A DNA stretch of 64,000 nucleotides, from positions 33,606,001 to 33,670,000 of the forward strand of contig OZ249436.1 of assembly GCA_965235115.1 (NCBI GenBank). Direction: 5' to 3'. The DNA is from Laetmonice hystrix. Taxonomy: Eukaryota. A model generated the notes under the pieces. The model worked only from the letters and a program-made list of their open reading frames with translations. It ran no database searches and had not been told where the DNA came from. Each line of letters begins with the position of its first letter. Positions within the stretch are counted from its first letter, which is position 1. Of this stretch, positions 13,519-26,156 are shown one piece after another. The translations under genes were made by a program, and so were the position numbers.

Positions 13519-14147
13519 CAGGGGCGGATCCAGGATTTTCAAAACGGGGGCTGGGTGCTATGGAAAAAGGGCACTTTCTCAAACCGCCCTCCCCTCAGTG
13601 AGTAGCCTAAACAGTCAAATAAATGTGGCATATATAGGCACATATCAACAAATTTCTCAGTGTGGGGGCAGTCAGGGGTTCATCCAGGAATTTGGTAAAG
13701 GGGGTGCACCCCATGCGTACTCTGAAGGCGCGAAGCCATGAATCCCTCCCCCAGAAAATAAAATTACAGTGCCAAATACGCGATATAGACCAGCCTTTGG
13801 GCCTATGATAGGCTATAGGCCTAGACAATTGGACATTTTAAAAATCTTTCATAAAAATAAAAAAGGGCACTTGGGGGAGAGAAAAGGGCACTTGGGGCGA
13901 GAGGGGGGGGGGTGCGCGGTTCTTCCCCCATGATAACTTTCCCACGAAATGTTTGGGCAGGGGTTAGGGTTAAGGTCAGGGATAGGGATAGGGATAGGAT
14001 AGGGATGTGTTTTGGGGAGGTGTAGGGACTGGGGTTAGGGGTTAGGGATAAGGTCGGGGCTATGGATCTTTACTTCCGACCAAATTTCGTGGGGTTTAAG
14101 TTATCATGGGCGATATACCGGGTGCGCACCCCCTGCATCCGCCACTG
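13519..14147. mobile_element. Composite of hAT-like MITE(s) with a nested insertion
   Basis: caggggcggatccagg (13519) and caggggttcatccagg (13673) both face the inverted end cctgcatccgccactg (about 14132-14147). Internal aaaagggcactt motifs are repeated. No clean TSD. Confidence 0.55.
13917..14120. mobile_element. Non-autonomous DNA transposon with internal telomere-like GGGTTA/GGGATA repeats, nested in a MITE
   Basis: TIRs cggttcttcccccatgataactt and aagttatcatgggcgatataccg. Direct repeat ggtgcg at 13911-13916 and 14121-14126, or 8-bp gggtgcgc if the termini are GG..CC. Confidence 0.8.
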
Positions 14148-16105
14148 GAGAGAGACCATGTACAATGCTAATTAGGCGAATTTACAAGGTCCGTGTGCCG
14201 AGAATTCGATGCCCGTTCTTGGTTCTTAATTCTAATAACTGTATTTTTCTCGCTTGCTTCTGGCTGGCTGTTGCAAGGCGTAAAACTCCAAATACCCACC
14301 CGCTTGCTTCTGGGCGTGCGAGTTTCGAGTGCACTAGTTTGACACCAGGTGGCAGCAGCAGAGGGGCAGCTTTGGGACCATTAATTCTCATGGAATGATT
14401 TTATTCAGATCAAAACCCAAAACGCCATGCAATCGTCCAAACAAACAAGGTTCTATAATACCCAAAAGTAGGTCTATAAATTCCAAAAGAGCCGTTTTTA
14501 GAAGGTAAAGAGAGAATATGGCTATATATTATCACATCAGTCTCAATGCTAATGTGTGATCTCTCTGTAGCTGCACGAATACTGCTGGGAAGCAGGGGCA
14601 GTGAGCCATAGTGATTGCTCGAAGGAACGTATCTGTTGTGCTAATTACACGATGGATGCTTGCTGTATGCGCAGGAAAGGGACCCCTAGAGTGCACGCTT
14701 TCATCTCACTCGCTCCTGTAACTGGCGGCGTCTCCTCTATCTATCCTAATTCAGTATGGCATGCTCATATAGAATTGTTCAAAGGGGAGTAGGAAGTGGC
14801 TTGTTTCCGGTAATCCAACGTACTGACCTACGCGCTCCCCCCTCTCAAAAAATAAATCAAGAATTCCTCAGTCGCACGTATACGTAGCGCTAGCTGTGCG
14901 GCGCCTTTCTGTTGTTTTAGTAGTGTAGGACTCGTACATAAATGTGCAGATGTTATTGTAAACGGCTGCATATAAACAAGCCGTGAGTCAAAATATCAGA
15001 GGGACAAAAAGAGGGACAAAATGCACAACTGAACCCATCACTTTTCTGTGTGACATAAATATTATGGGGGAACAGTACAATGCTTTTCTGAGATCTCAGG
15101 TGGCATACCCTGCGAAAATCTGGTCAAAAAACTTGAAACGATGCAGATACATGATCTGATTGTGGTAAAGGTTAAAAAAAATAACCATGAAGAATAAAAT
15201 GGTGACCAGAATGGAACAGGTCGGATCGGATCGGATCAGCCAGAAAACGGTAGAGAAAACAAAATGGAAACAGACACGCTGCATCACGCTGCATCACGCA
15301 GCGTGACGGTACGAATGCGCGCCGGTCGCAGTGTCTAGGCTTACTCCCGGCGGCCCACCCGTGGCCCTCCCATGGCTCACCCGTGGCCCGCCCGTGGCCC
15401 GCCACTCCGGAACGAGAGGTCGCGGGTCGTATTGATCTCTCGACCAAGAATCACGCTGCAGATAAAGTGCCCGCGTCCCTGGGCCCCGCCACCACAAACC
15501 GCTCACCCATTTCTCCTCACCGGCACAATTTCCCAGGGAGACCCGGATCGAACATAGGATCATTAATTTCTATAGGCAGACTCCGACGAGCCTGACCATG
15601 GGAATTTCCTATTTGCTTATACGCGATATGGCAGCTTTGTTTGACATAAAACAGCCAAACATTGGCGGGGCCGTATTGCAGGCTATAGACAACCCGTTAT
15701 GCTCCCAATAAAATCTTCTTTGTATATTTAATCCAGTCAACACAAATATCCAGTATAGTTATTGCGATAAGTAACAAAAACACAAAAAAACACAGAATTC
15801 GATTATCTTACCAAGTGACAAATTCATTTTCAACCTATCAAACCGACAATTGCCTCTAAAAAATAATGAATAAGCGATGCTAGCGGGGAAAAGATAAATG
15901 TTGGAATGTTTTTTTGACCTTTTCCTTCCTGACACTCTATATAATTTCGAACTACATATATCAACCTATATGGCCAGCTGAAATATTTCACAGAAGAATG
16001 TCAATAATAATTCAAAGGCAGTGGAGGTGTTAAATCTGCGAATCTACCGGTGCGTCCATTATATAAATTGAGTAGTGGAGTCATGCCATGCACACACCGG
16101 ACACG

Positions 16106-16922
16106 GGTCCGCAACCTGTGGCAAGCCGTGCCCCATTTTACCGGAACAGGCCGACAACCTGTGACAAGCCTTGCACCTCCACAACCTGTGGCAAGCCTTG
16201 CACCTTTTTTACCGGAACGACCGGAACAGGTCCACAACCTGTGGCAAGCCGTGCTTACAGTCAGCGCACACAGGTCCACAACCTGTGGGAAGCCGTGCAC
16301 ATTTTTTACCGGAACAGGTCCACAACTTGTGGCAAGCCGTGCTCACGGTCACCGGACATATAGGACCACAATCTGTGGCAAGCCGTGCTCACGGTCACCG
16401 GACATATAGGACCACAATCTGTGGCAAGCCGTGCTCACGGTCACCGGACATAGGACCACAACTTGTGGCAAGCCGTGCTCACGGTCACCGGACATATAGG
16501 ACCACAATCTGTGGCACGCCGTGCTCACGGTCACTGGACATATAGGACCACAATCTGTGGCAAGCCGTGCTCACGGTCACCGGACATAGGACCACAACTT
16601 GTGGCAAACCGTGCTCACGGTCACTGGACATATAGGACCACAATCTGTGGCAAGCCGTGCTCACGGTCACCGGACATAGGTCCACAACTTGTGGCAAACC
16701 GTGCTCACGGTCACCGGACATAATATTATAGGACCACAATCTGTGGCAAGCCGTGCTCACGGTCACCGGACATAGGACCACAACTTGTGGCAAGCTGTGC
16801 TCACGGTCACCGGACATATAGGACCACAATCTGTGGCAAGCCGTGCTCACGGGCACCGGACATAGGTCCACAATCTGTGGCAAGCCGTGCTTACAGTCTC
16901 CGAACATATAGGACCACAATCT
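16106..16922. repeat. Minisatellite of mixed 46/44-bp units (ggaccacaatctgtggcaagccgtgctcacggtcaccggacatata), degenerate at the left end, with a residual unit at about 17453-17500
   Basis: Unit starts at 16363, 16409, 16453, 16499, 16545, 16589, 16635 and 16679. Each unit carries the dyad CCACA-N3-TGTGG. Confidence 0.95.
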
Positions 16923-17452
16923 TAGTCCGGCACTTGAGGGGCCAAAAAGGGGTCAAAAATTGAGTTTTGTGACCAACTTTTGTAAACCGCTCTGAAGCAA
17001 ACTTTCCTGGAGCATTTTTTTTCTGAATTTTCCATTTCTGAAGTTAGTTTTTTGCTAAAAGCTAAAACTATTGTCATAAAATTGTGTTTCCATGGCAACC
17101 ATTAAGATTTTTATCAAAATATCAAGACGAAATATTCTACACTTTATTTTCAAAAATAATGAGGATAATGTAAATTTCTTTGGTAGAAATACAGAACTAT
17201 TTGAAATTTTTTTAGATTTGCCTAGGGTAATGATTTGGAACATTCACATATGTAACCATGGCAACCGAACAGAAAAAATAGCAAAAAAGTTGCCATGGAA
17301 ACACAAATTTATGACAATAAACCCACTTTTAGCAAAAAACTAACTTCAGAAATGGAAAATTCAGAAAAAGATGCTCCAGGAAAGTTTGCTCCAGAGCGGT
17401 TTACAAAAGTTGGTCGCAAAACTCAATTTTGGGCCCCTGAAGTGCCGGTCTA
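16923..17452. mobile_element. 530-bp MITE with about 175-bp TIRs, TAG...CTA termini and 3-bp TSD (Academ-like, tentative)
   Basis: Left tagtccggcacttgaggggcc...gtttccatggcaac is inverted to gttgccatggaaac...ggcccctgaagtgccggtcta. TSD tct at 16920-16922 and 17453-17455. Removing the element restores the minisatellite unit ccacaatctgtggcaagccg. Confidence 0.9.
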
Positions 17453-18093
17453 TCTGTGGCAAGCCGTTCTCATGCACAATCTCCGGACATAGGCCCACTA
17501 ACGCATGCAAGCGGTCCTATGCTTGACATCTCCAATACCGGCGAGAATTCAGAACCACCATGCCACGGCTTAATAGTTTATGCAAACGGCGTCGGCGTAT
17601 AAAATCTATAGTCGATAAAGAAAGCACATTTTTCTTCTCGCCCATTTCCCGACCCAACGTAGGTGGCGCCCCCATGCATCTATAGGGATCTACCCGTATA
17701 TCCCGCCGACCACGGACATCTTCATACGTCCCCGCCCGTTTCGAATTTCTACTTTATAACTGTACTTCTAGATGTTTCAGCCTTCCAGCCTTCACGTAAT
17801 GTATCGTTCCACCGTTTTGTCCACCAGTTCTCTCACAGCATAAATTAAGAACCACCAGCCCAGAGTCGATCAATCATTCAGGCTCCATACCGCCACACTA
17901 TCTACAGGTCTAGGCACTTATCTTCACTCCAGTGTCAGCCATTCTCAAATACATTTAAAAAAAATAAAGAAACTGGCGTAACAGTGAAGGCTGTCTCGAG
18001 GCAGTGTCGTTGATTTGTTGTGGGATTACTCACAATCCAATAAAACGGCAGAATTAGTATTTGAGATTGAAGGATAAATGAACTGTGGGGGTC

Positions 18094-18324
18094 AAGTTCG
18101 TGCCACACGCTACATGTATCAATGGGAAGTTCGTGCCACACGCTACATGTATCAATGGGAAGTTCGTGCCACACGCTACATGTATCAATGGGAAGTTCGT
18201 GCCACGCGCTACATGTATCAATGGGAAGTTCGTGCCACGCGCTACATGTATCAATGGGAAGTTCGTGCCACACGCTACATGTATCAATGGGAAGTTCGTG
18301 CCACACGCTACATGTATCAATGGG
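18094..18324. repeat. Minisatellite, 33 bp x 7 (aagttcgtgccacacgctacatgtatcaatggg)
   Basis: Read directly. Two adjacent central copies share an A>G variant (ccacgcgc). Confidence 0.97.
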
Positions 18325-19477
18325 GGAGACCAAAGTGGCAGCATCCGTTTATGCACATATAATGTGTTGATCGGTCTATGGACTAGATTCTTGATAAATG
18401 ATAATAAGCACCTTTTTTTGCTGCATGCATGCTAGCTGTAGTTAGTTAGTTAAGGCATAATCGGGTCTGAAGTGGCTTAACTTTCAAAATCGATAATTAT
18501 TCTAATCAATGAATACTGCAGAACATTTGAAAAAAAACTTCAATTCGACGTGATGCTCTCAAAATCACAAGTGGACACTGCGACTTTATATCAGATCGAC
18601 TCCAGTGATATTACAAATTAATAAAACCATTTTGAAGGTCAGCATTTATTTTTCGTTGCTTTGCTCTCAGTGCGGGATGGTGTGAGGAGCCCGATCGTCT
18701 TCAGTTTCCACCGAGCTGTCGCTGACAACCTGTCTGTCGGCCCGTAATCCTCTTATACCGACATATTCAAGAGGCGCCGAGTCGCCATTTACCGACGGTA
18801 AACCTGGATGGCGTCCAAAGTAAGCAGAACCAAACGCGCCATGGGTCATCCGCCTCCTCAGCCAATGACTATATATAGAGGAAGGCAGTCGGCCCATTGG
18901 AGTTTGGCGATCTGGCTCGAGTAATTTGGCCGGATGATGTTGGACGTGACACCAGAATGTTTGCACCTCTATAATAAAAGCCATGCCGTATAGGCCATCA
19001 CTGATGTAGATGTTCTCCAGATGAGGTCATCGGATCTGTCGTACGTCAATAAAAAATACACGTTTGAAAACTTCATGAAATCTACAACCTATACTCAACC
19101 TTACGATGACTATTCTATATCCACGTCTTTCACCAGAAGCGGGGATATGGTGAAATACCAGTTCTAGGACAACCACTCCGTGGACATTCACCTCCCCCCG
19201 AAGTACCTATACTGTAATACAGTAGGCCTAATGGTATTTTCGGGGGACAACCTAGGTATGCCACACTAGCATTGCACAGTCCATGCAATTCAACACCTCT
19301 GAGATTGATGGAAAGTCGCTGCATGTGTCAGATGCAATTCGGAGAACTTTTTTTTCAAATCCAGCTCTGTGTCTGCCTGTCTGTATCTGGCAGTCACCGA
19401 CTATTATGTCGAACTGTTTACGAATTACGATTCATTTCAGGCAGAGGGACATAAAGGTTGGTTCTATCTGTCTATTG

Positions 19478-19557
<80 letters not shown>

Positions 19558-19558
19558 G
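19478..19558. repeat. (TCTG)n microsatellite, about 20 units
   Basis: Read directly. Confidence 0.97.
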
Positions 19559-22500
19559 ACTCTCTCTTTCTCTCTCGCCCTGAAAAAAGATTTTGGAGAC
19601 GATAACATGCACGAGACAGCTATTCACTCTCCGTCTGCTTGTTCTCGTGCCCTCGCGAGAATTGCGCATAGTGTCCAGAGAACATCTTTTTAACGTCCTT
19701 AATTCGTTCGGTGGTCAATGCCATAGAAGTGTACACCGATACAGAAACTCGGCGACGACGAGAAATGAGCCAGACGGCACATAAAGAACTGAGTTGCCCT
19801 TGTAAAGCCGTCGAGATCAGCCGATGGTCAGCCGATTCTCTTTGTTAAGCCCTACCCATTCAATTTCAGGTCAACAGATATAATATTCATGGATTTTTTT
19901 TTGTGCACGAACCATCAAATGCAAGAGGTTGCATTTGATGGTTGAAACAGAGCCTAAGGCTGAAACAGAATAATATTTTAAATGTTACCCCAAGTTCTTA
20001 AATTATTTAGTCGCTGCACCAACACAATGTCTCCACCCCTGCTCTAAGAAGAACATCTTCATCACCATTTTGATTGGAAGTGTTCGACCTTTTTCCTCCA
20101 TCAGTTCCACGGCGGATATTGAGGGGCTGTTTTTGCGTGAACATTCCTCCCATTTGCATGCAGCGAACGACCAGACACCACTTCCCATGGAAACCCTGAA
20201 TCTCTCTGCCAACTTTTATGGATGTTAGAATCATTGCTGTACATTAACAATGACTAACCGATTTTTAAACGTCGCAAAACATCCGTGTTACTAATTATTC
20301 CGGAATGACCGAAATCAGTTAATCCCATCTTAATTAATTATTACACTAACATAAAATGTTGGCACACACTTTAAATTTCACGCTGTTGTTCCAATTCTCC
20401 CTCCTGGGACCGTGTGATTAAGAGATTTTTATTGTTGTAAAACTACATGTCGTTTAGGATTATTAAAACATCTGGGTGATAAAATGTGTATTTATACTCC
20501 CCCATCCAACTTAATGAATTTCTTGGGGCTACACGCTTATCGCATGCATTGCGGTATAAATATTGAGCTCTGGCAGCAGTGATTGGCCCGTGTCTTGAAT
20601 TAAATTAGATGAAAAAAGAGCAAAAACTGCCGTTTTGTAATACAGCGGACCATTAACGAGGGCTTAGATTTGTCACTTGGTTTCGGTCCAATATTACATG
20701 GAGTCACGCATACTTGTGGATATTTTGCTTCCATGGTGAAAGTCCTGTGCGAAGAGTCACGTCTAATATGGCCATTTTTCTATAGTCCCTTTATATTTAG
20801 AAACCAATAAAAATCGTGATCCTCGTTGCATTCTGTTACAAAATGTGCTCGAGATTGTACGTATGCTCTGAGTCCTGGCTCGGCATACAATCAACGAAGA
20901 TACCATGTAAGAAGTGGCGAAGGTGCTCTTCCTATTATGATCACTCCTTTATCAACAGAAAGAAGCAATTCTGTTTTTAATGGTTTCCCCCTAGATCAAT
21001 ATCTGTACTGTAACAGTGCAGCTTGTAGTGAAAGATAGCGTATAACTAAGTCGCAGTTCGGGACAAATGTAGGCCTAAGCTTTAGAACGTCTACGTATCC
21101 GAATTATCAATAGAATACCTGCGTCTCTAGGCGTTGTAAATTGCCTGTGCCAGCTGTTGTGCCAAGAAAATCATTAATTGATAGGGGCGCTTTGCTTGCT
21201 CACGTCTGGTCTTATCCATCGGACAATTCCCCGCTCTCGTGAAAGAACGGAGTCTATCAGGATAAATACAATGTCCATCGATCTGTTAAGGGGAGCCTGT
21301 ACACCTACAACAAGACTTGGGACAAGTTTCATCTGGTTACCCTGCAGTGTAGTTCCACGATGAACGAACTTTAATAGAACTCGTACAAAAAAGAGAGAAA
21401 GAGGAGAGAAAGCAAAGAAAAAGAAAGAAAGGCAGACATTTTTTACTCATAATAAAACAAATCGATTCCATACTTTATAATAAAATCCCATCAGGAGAGA
21501 GCAGCTACTGGATTCTATCCTATAGGAGAGATTATTGATTAGGACGTAAGAGTTGTTCAGTCATTCGTCGTTGTTTATTCTCAGTCCCATTTCCTTTGAT
21601 TGCTCTGTTATATCTTAAGGCGTGATTTCCAAGCTGGGCAGTGTCAGACCTGCAGATATCACCGAATATAAAATGGAATGGAGGGAGTGCCTCAAGGCGC
21701 CAGTTAGTATTCCAGGGGTGGATCCACTGTGAGGATCTTTGATAACGTGGCGTCTAGTGGACCACATTCAGGGTGAGCTCAGGCAGTCTGAAGGTCTGCA
21801 TGGAACCATCTAGATCGGAGCGGATGTTACATACCATAGCAAGGAGCCAACCATCAGAATGTTGTTCAGTGGGATAGACAGATACAACTTGTAACTTATC
21901 ACGTTCGTACAACGATATTAGTTAAAGGGAATATCCATCCACAAATTCTTGAATTGTAAATTACACTTCGAGAAGATGTGATCAATTCTCGACAAATGAT
22001 TGATTTCTAAAGGAAACATTATCTGCAGACACGGAAGAAGACATACCATTCGAAGTTTGAAAACAAAACAAATCAAATAAGAAAATAAGTCAAATAATTT
22101 CAAGTTTTTATGACATGTTATATGTACAGGGCTTTAGCATACCCTCGCTTCACTGTATAATAAAGACACATTTTCCACATCTTGGTGGTAAAATATTTTT
22201 TTTGTTAAAACGCAGGCTATAATCTGAAGTGACCAGGCCTCGACGGCGCCAGGAAATTCTCACACATAGTAGGAGTCCTCTCAGTGGGTCGATTTAGTTG
22301 ATAAAATAGCTCCCTGGGTGGCTATAACATTGTTATCTATCCGCTACCGGCCTGTTTCGTCTTACCGCCAGACGGTTTTTCAGAAGGAAACGACCTGACA
22401 ACCGAAGTTGAAATTTTCAGCCTCCGCCCTATCGACAATACATATGGGCCCTATATCATATCAGGTAGCAGACGTGCAGGTTACGCCTATCCTTGAGTAT

Positions 22501-23865
22501 TTTACCTTAACCCCCTGGTCATCCCAACCCTTTTGATCCCAACAGAGCTTTAAATTTAATGTTCGTATTCGCTCGCATTTACCGTTCTTTTCCACGTCTT
22601 CACTGTTTCCTATCCACGTGCACCCAAGCAACACACCCTTCGCCATGTTTTGAGGTGCACATTATCAAATAAATTCCTGAACGCAACTTCCCTGTACATA
22701 TAATTCTCAAGTTATCAGAATGTTCACCGAGCACGAGCCCTGCTTGTAAACTACAACTCAAATACCAACTCAAATACTTCCCCGAGTTCATACGTTCCTG
22801 TTGACTGATGGAAACAATCGAAAGATGAATCTTAAACCATTTGCATTTCCTTGCCGAGCCCGCCATAGGTTCATAATATGGACTAATCGGTTTATTGCCA
22901 TAATATTTGATCGTCTTTGCTGTGTACGCGGAATATCAGCTATGTTCGCCTGATAGGCGCAGATTAAGCAGTAGAAAGTCTACGCCATGCACCTCTTTCT
23001 TCGCGAGGTCTCTTACTAAAAGATCGTTAAAATGAGTTTTTAACTGCTCGTTATAAACACAGACGGAGACTATCAGATGTCTGGATATCGTTTCTGCGTG
23101 AGGGTGAAAAACTGTAAGTTTGGTCTGGAGCAGGGGTGTAGCCAGGATTTTCGGAGGGTGGGGGGCGAAATCCGGCAGCCAAGTTAAAACAGCGCACCAG
23201 TATCACCAGATAATCACTAATTTAACGGCTTTGTTACATCGAAGGAACTGCCATTTTTTGTTTCCAAAGTATTATGGTGAGTTCATTTTCTGGCGTGGGT
23301 AACGTCGAGTAGAGAACTCACCACAAGTACCTGCTGGCATGTGTTCAACGTCTGGTGGTATGTATAACCGAGACTCCTCTCCCGAGCTGAAGCCCCGATT
23401 TTGCCAGCAGGCGGTATCTCGACTTTGGTGGAGCGATCAGTCGCCTTATGGGATCTCACTGATAAATGTGCATCTGTGATCATCAATGATAAGATAATGA
23501 TAAGAATTTTCCTGATACGTATGGATGCCCGTGAATACATTTTTTTAAACCTGTACGAGATGAAGAAGCTGAGGTCTATAGTATACGTGCTGGCTTTGGC
23601 CTTCATAACAATAACTCTTACAAGTTCATCTCACTGACATCGAAAAACAAGCATCCCCACACAGTTATTGTCGTTTGGTCAAGACAGAATTGCAATTGCA
23701 AGAACATGTAGTACACGTACTAGTCTAATCATTTTTGGGTGCTCAGTGACTTGTGCCACACCACACCATCTGCAATATTCAAACTTAAACCGGCAGTTTA
23801 AGATAACATTCTGTAATTCCTTTTTTCCCAACCATTGCCCGAAATATCACAGCCGAATTTTAAGC

Positions 23866-24643
23866 TCAGTCACGTCCACACTTACACTTGGCTTACCGTC
23901 AGTCACGTCCACACTTACACTTGGCTTACCGTCAGTCACGTCCACACTTACACTTGGCTTACCGTCAGTCACGTCCACACTTACACTTGGCTTACCGTCA
24001 GTCACGTCCACACTTACACTTGGCTTACCGTCAGTCACGTCCACACTTACACTGGCTTACCGTCAGTCACGTCCACAGTTACACTTGGCTTACCGTCAGT
24101 CACGTCCACACTTACACTTGGCTTACCGTCAGTCACGTCCACACTTACACTTGGCTTACCGTCAGTCACGTCCACACTTACACTTGGCTTACCGTCAGTC
24201 ACGTCTACACTTACACTTGGCTTACCGTCAGTCACGTCCACACTTACAATTGGCTTACCGTCAGTCACGTCCACACTTACACTTGGCTTACCGTCAGTCA
24301 CGTCTACACTTACACTTGGCTTACCGTCAGTCACGTCCACACTTACACTTGGCTTACCGTCAGTCACGTCTACACTTACACTTGGCTTACCGTCAGTCAC
24401 GTCCACACTTACACTTGGCTTACCGTCAGTCACGTCCACACTTACACTTGGCTTACCGTCAGTCACGTCCACACTTACACTGGCTTACCGTCAGTCACGT
24501 CCACAGTTACACTTGGCTTACCGTCAGTCACGTCCACACTTACACTTGGCTTACCGTCAGTCACGTCCACACTTACACTTGGCTTACCGTCAGTCACGTC
24601 CACACTTACACTTGGCTTACCGTCAGTCACGTCCACAGTTACA
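23866..24643. repeat. Minisatellite, 33 bp x about 23.5 (tcagtcacgtccacacttacacttggcttaccg)
   Basis: Read directly. The 11-aa periodicity in the ORFs reflects the unit, and two copies carry a 1-bp deletion. Confidence 0.97.
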
Positions 24644-26046
24644 TGCCGTGCTGTTTTTCCATCAAATGACTTTACCTCCACCCTAGACATAGATTCCCCA
24701 CGGCTATTGCTCGTAATTATGAATGTCAGAACAACCGCTATCCCCCATAAACCCCCATAGGAGGCGTTACATTACCAATATTTACGAGCTGTGTCTCACA
24801 GCGACATGTCAGGTCATGTTCAAACTAAAATGCAAATGTGTTCAGATTATTGCACAGCAGGCAATGAAAAATAACTATGAGGGCTATCTGACGTGTCCTG
24901 GATAAGAGGGGGTCTTATGGCAACCTACAGTATCTATATTGACTCTTACTTTGTGGCACATGACGGAGGGCCTATAAACATGTAGATGTACTTTTATTTT
25001 CATGTGGCAATGCCTATAGATTAAAATCGTGGAGAGGATGGATACGTCGGCTGAAGTGGCTCAGATATCCCGCTGGTAGAACCTTTCTCGGCCTATAGTT
25101 TGGACATCACTTTGACGTCCCTGCAACATGAGACAGAAAAGGCGATAATGGACGTCGAAAATATTCCACACAAATCGAAGCGCCTTTGATGCGCCGACTG
25201 TGGACCCACTGTCCTGATCCCAGCATTGTGGTTGGTACCACAAGCGTTGTGTACATTCGCCGCGCCTTTTGACGCAACCCAACCCTGGTTTTATACGGAA
25301 CACAGGAACTGGGTCATGGCGCCGTCCTACGCTGGCTTCCTCCCACCCCACCCTGTGTTATAGGAAACTGACAAAATGTGGCGCGTTTAGTAAAGGATTC
25401 GGTGATATGGACACAGGACCCGTGATGAATGACCGATCTGTTCGGGGTCAGGTGTCTGTATCAACGAGTGGACACGCGATAAGGGCTCAGCGTGTCCCTA
25501 ACCACATCCCCACTGGCTTCTCTCATACCGGAATCGCTTTTAGCGGGGACATTCAATTATCTTAAACCAGTGATTTCCTTTTGGAGGTGGCAAATATCGC
25601 AATCGGACGCGCTGCTGCAGTGAGAGGCGTCCTCAGGGCTGCAATACTTGGGCTGCTGTGCTGCAGCAGAGCAGCTCGCCACCATGCAGCCTCTCCGGCT
25701 CGTCTGGTGGTAGGCTTGGATGTGTTCTATCAGGGTGAAAGGCGTTTAGATCCGAACGAGGGTTCCAAAAATAATGCATCCCTCTGCTGTTAACCTGTCC
25801 ATCGCCTCTTCAACACGTGGAGGTCTAGCTGTCTTTCCATTTAGCTTTATGTGAGCTAGCCCCACAGTATGCCCATGTTTGATGTACATTGTATTTCTAT
25901 ATGCACTTCAGATATTGATTATAGTAATATAAAGTATCACACATGTATGCAATGCATTATGAATACACTGTACCTACATGTATATCACAGATATGAATCC
26001 ATTGATAATCGGTATGGAACTGAACTACGCATACATGCGCGGAGCA

Positions 26047-26117
26047 AGAGAGAGAGAGAGCTAGAGAGAGAGAGAGAAATAGCGAGACAGAGACAGAGAG
26101 AAGAGAGAGACAGACAG

Positions 26118-26148
<31 letters not shown>

Positions 26149-26156
26149 CAGAGAGG
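26047..26156. repeat. Compound (GA)n/(GACA)n microsatellite
   Basis: Read directly. Confidence 0.92.

Noticed and set aside
16001..18435. Repetitive ORFs and a CRISPR-like appearance of conserved motifs with variable gaps
   Set aside because: The inter-repeat sequences are homologous to each other rather than unique spacers. There are no cas genes and the context is eukaryotic.
23668..24760. 283-333 aa mucin-like or repeat ORFs
   Set aside because: They come from the 33-bp VNTR, are open in several frames, and are frameshifted by 1-bp deletions inside the array.
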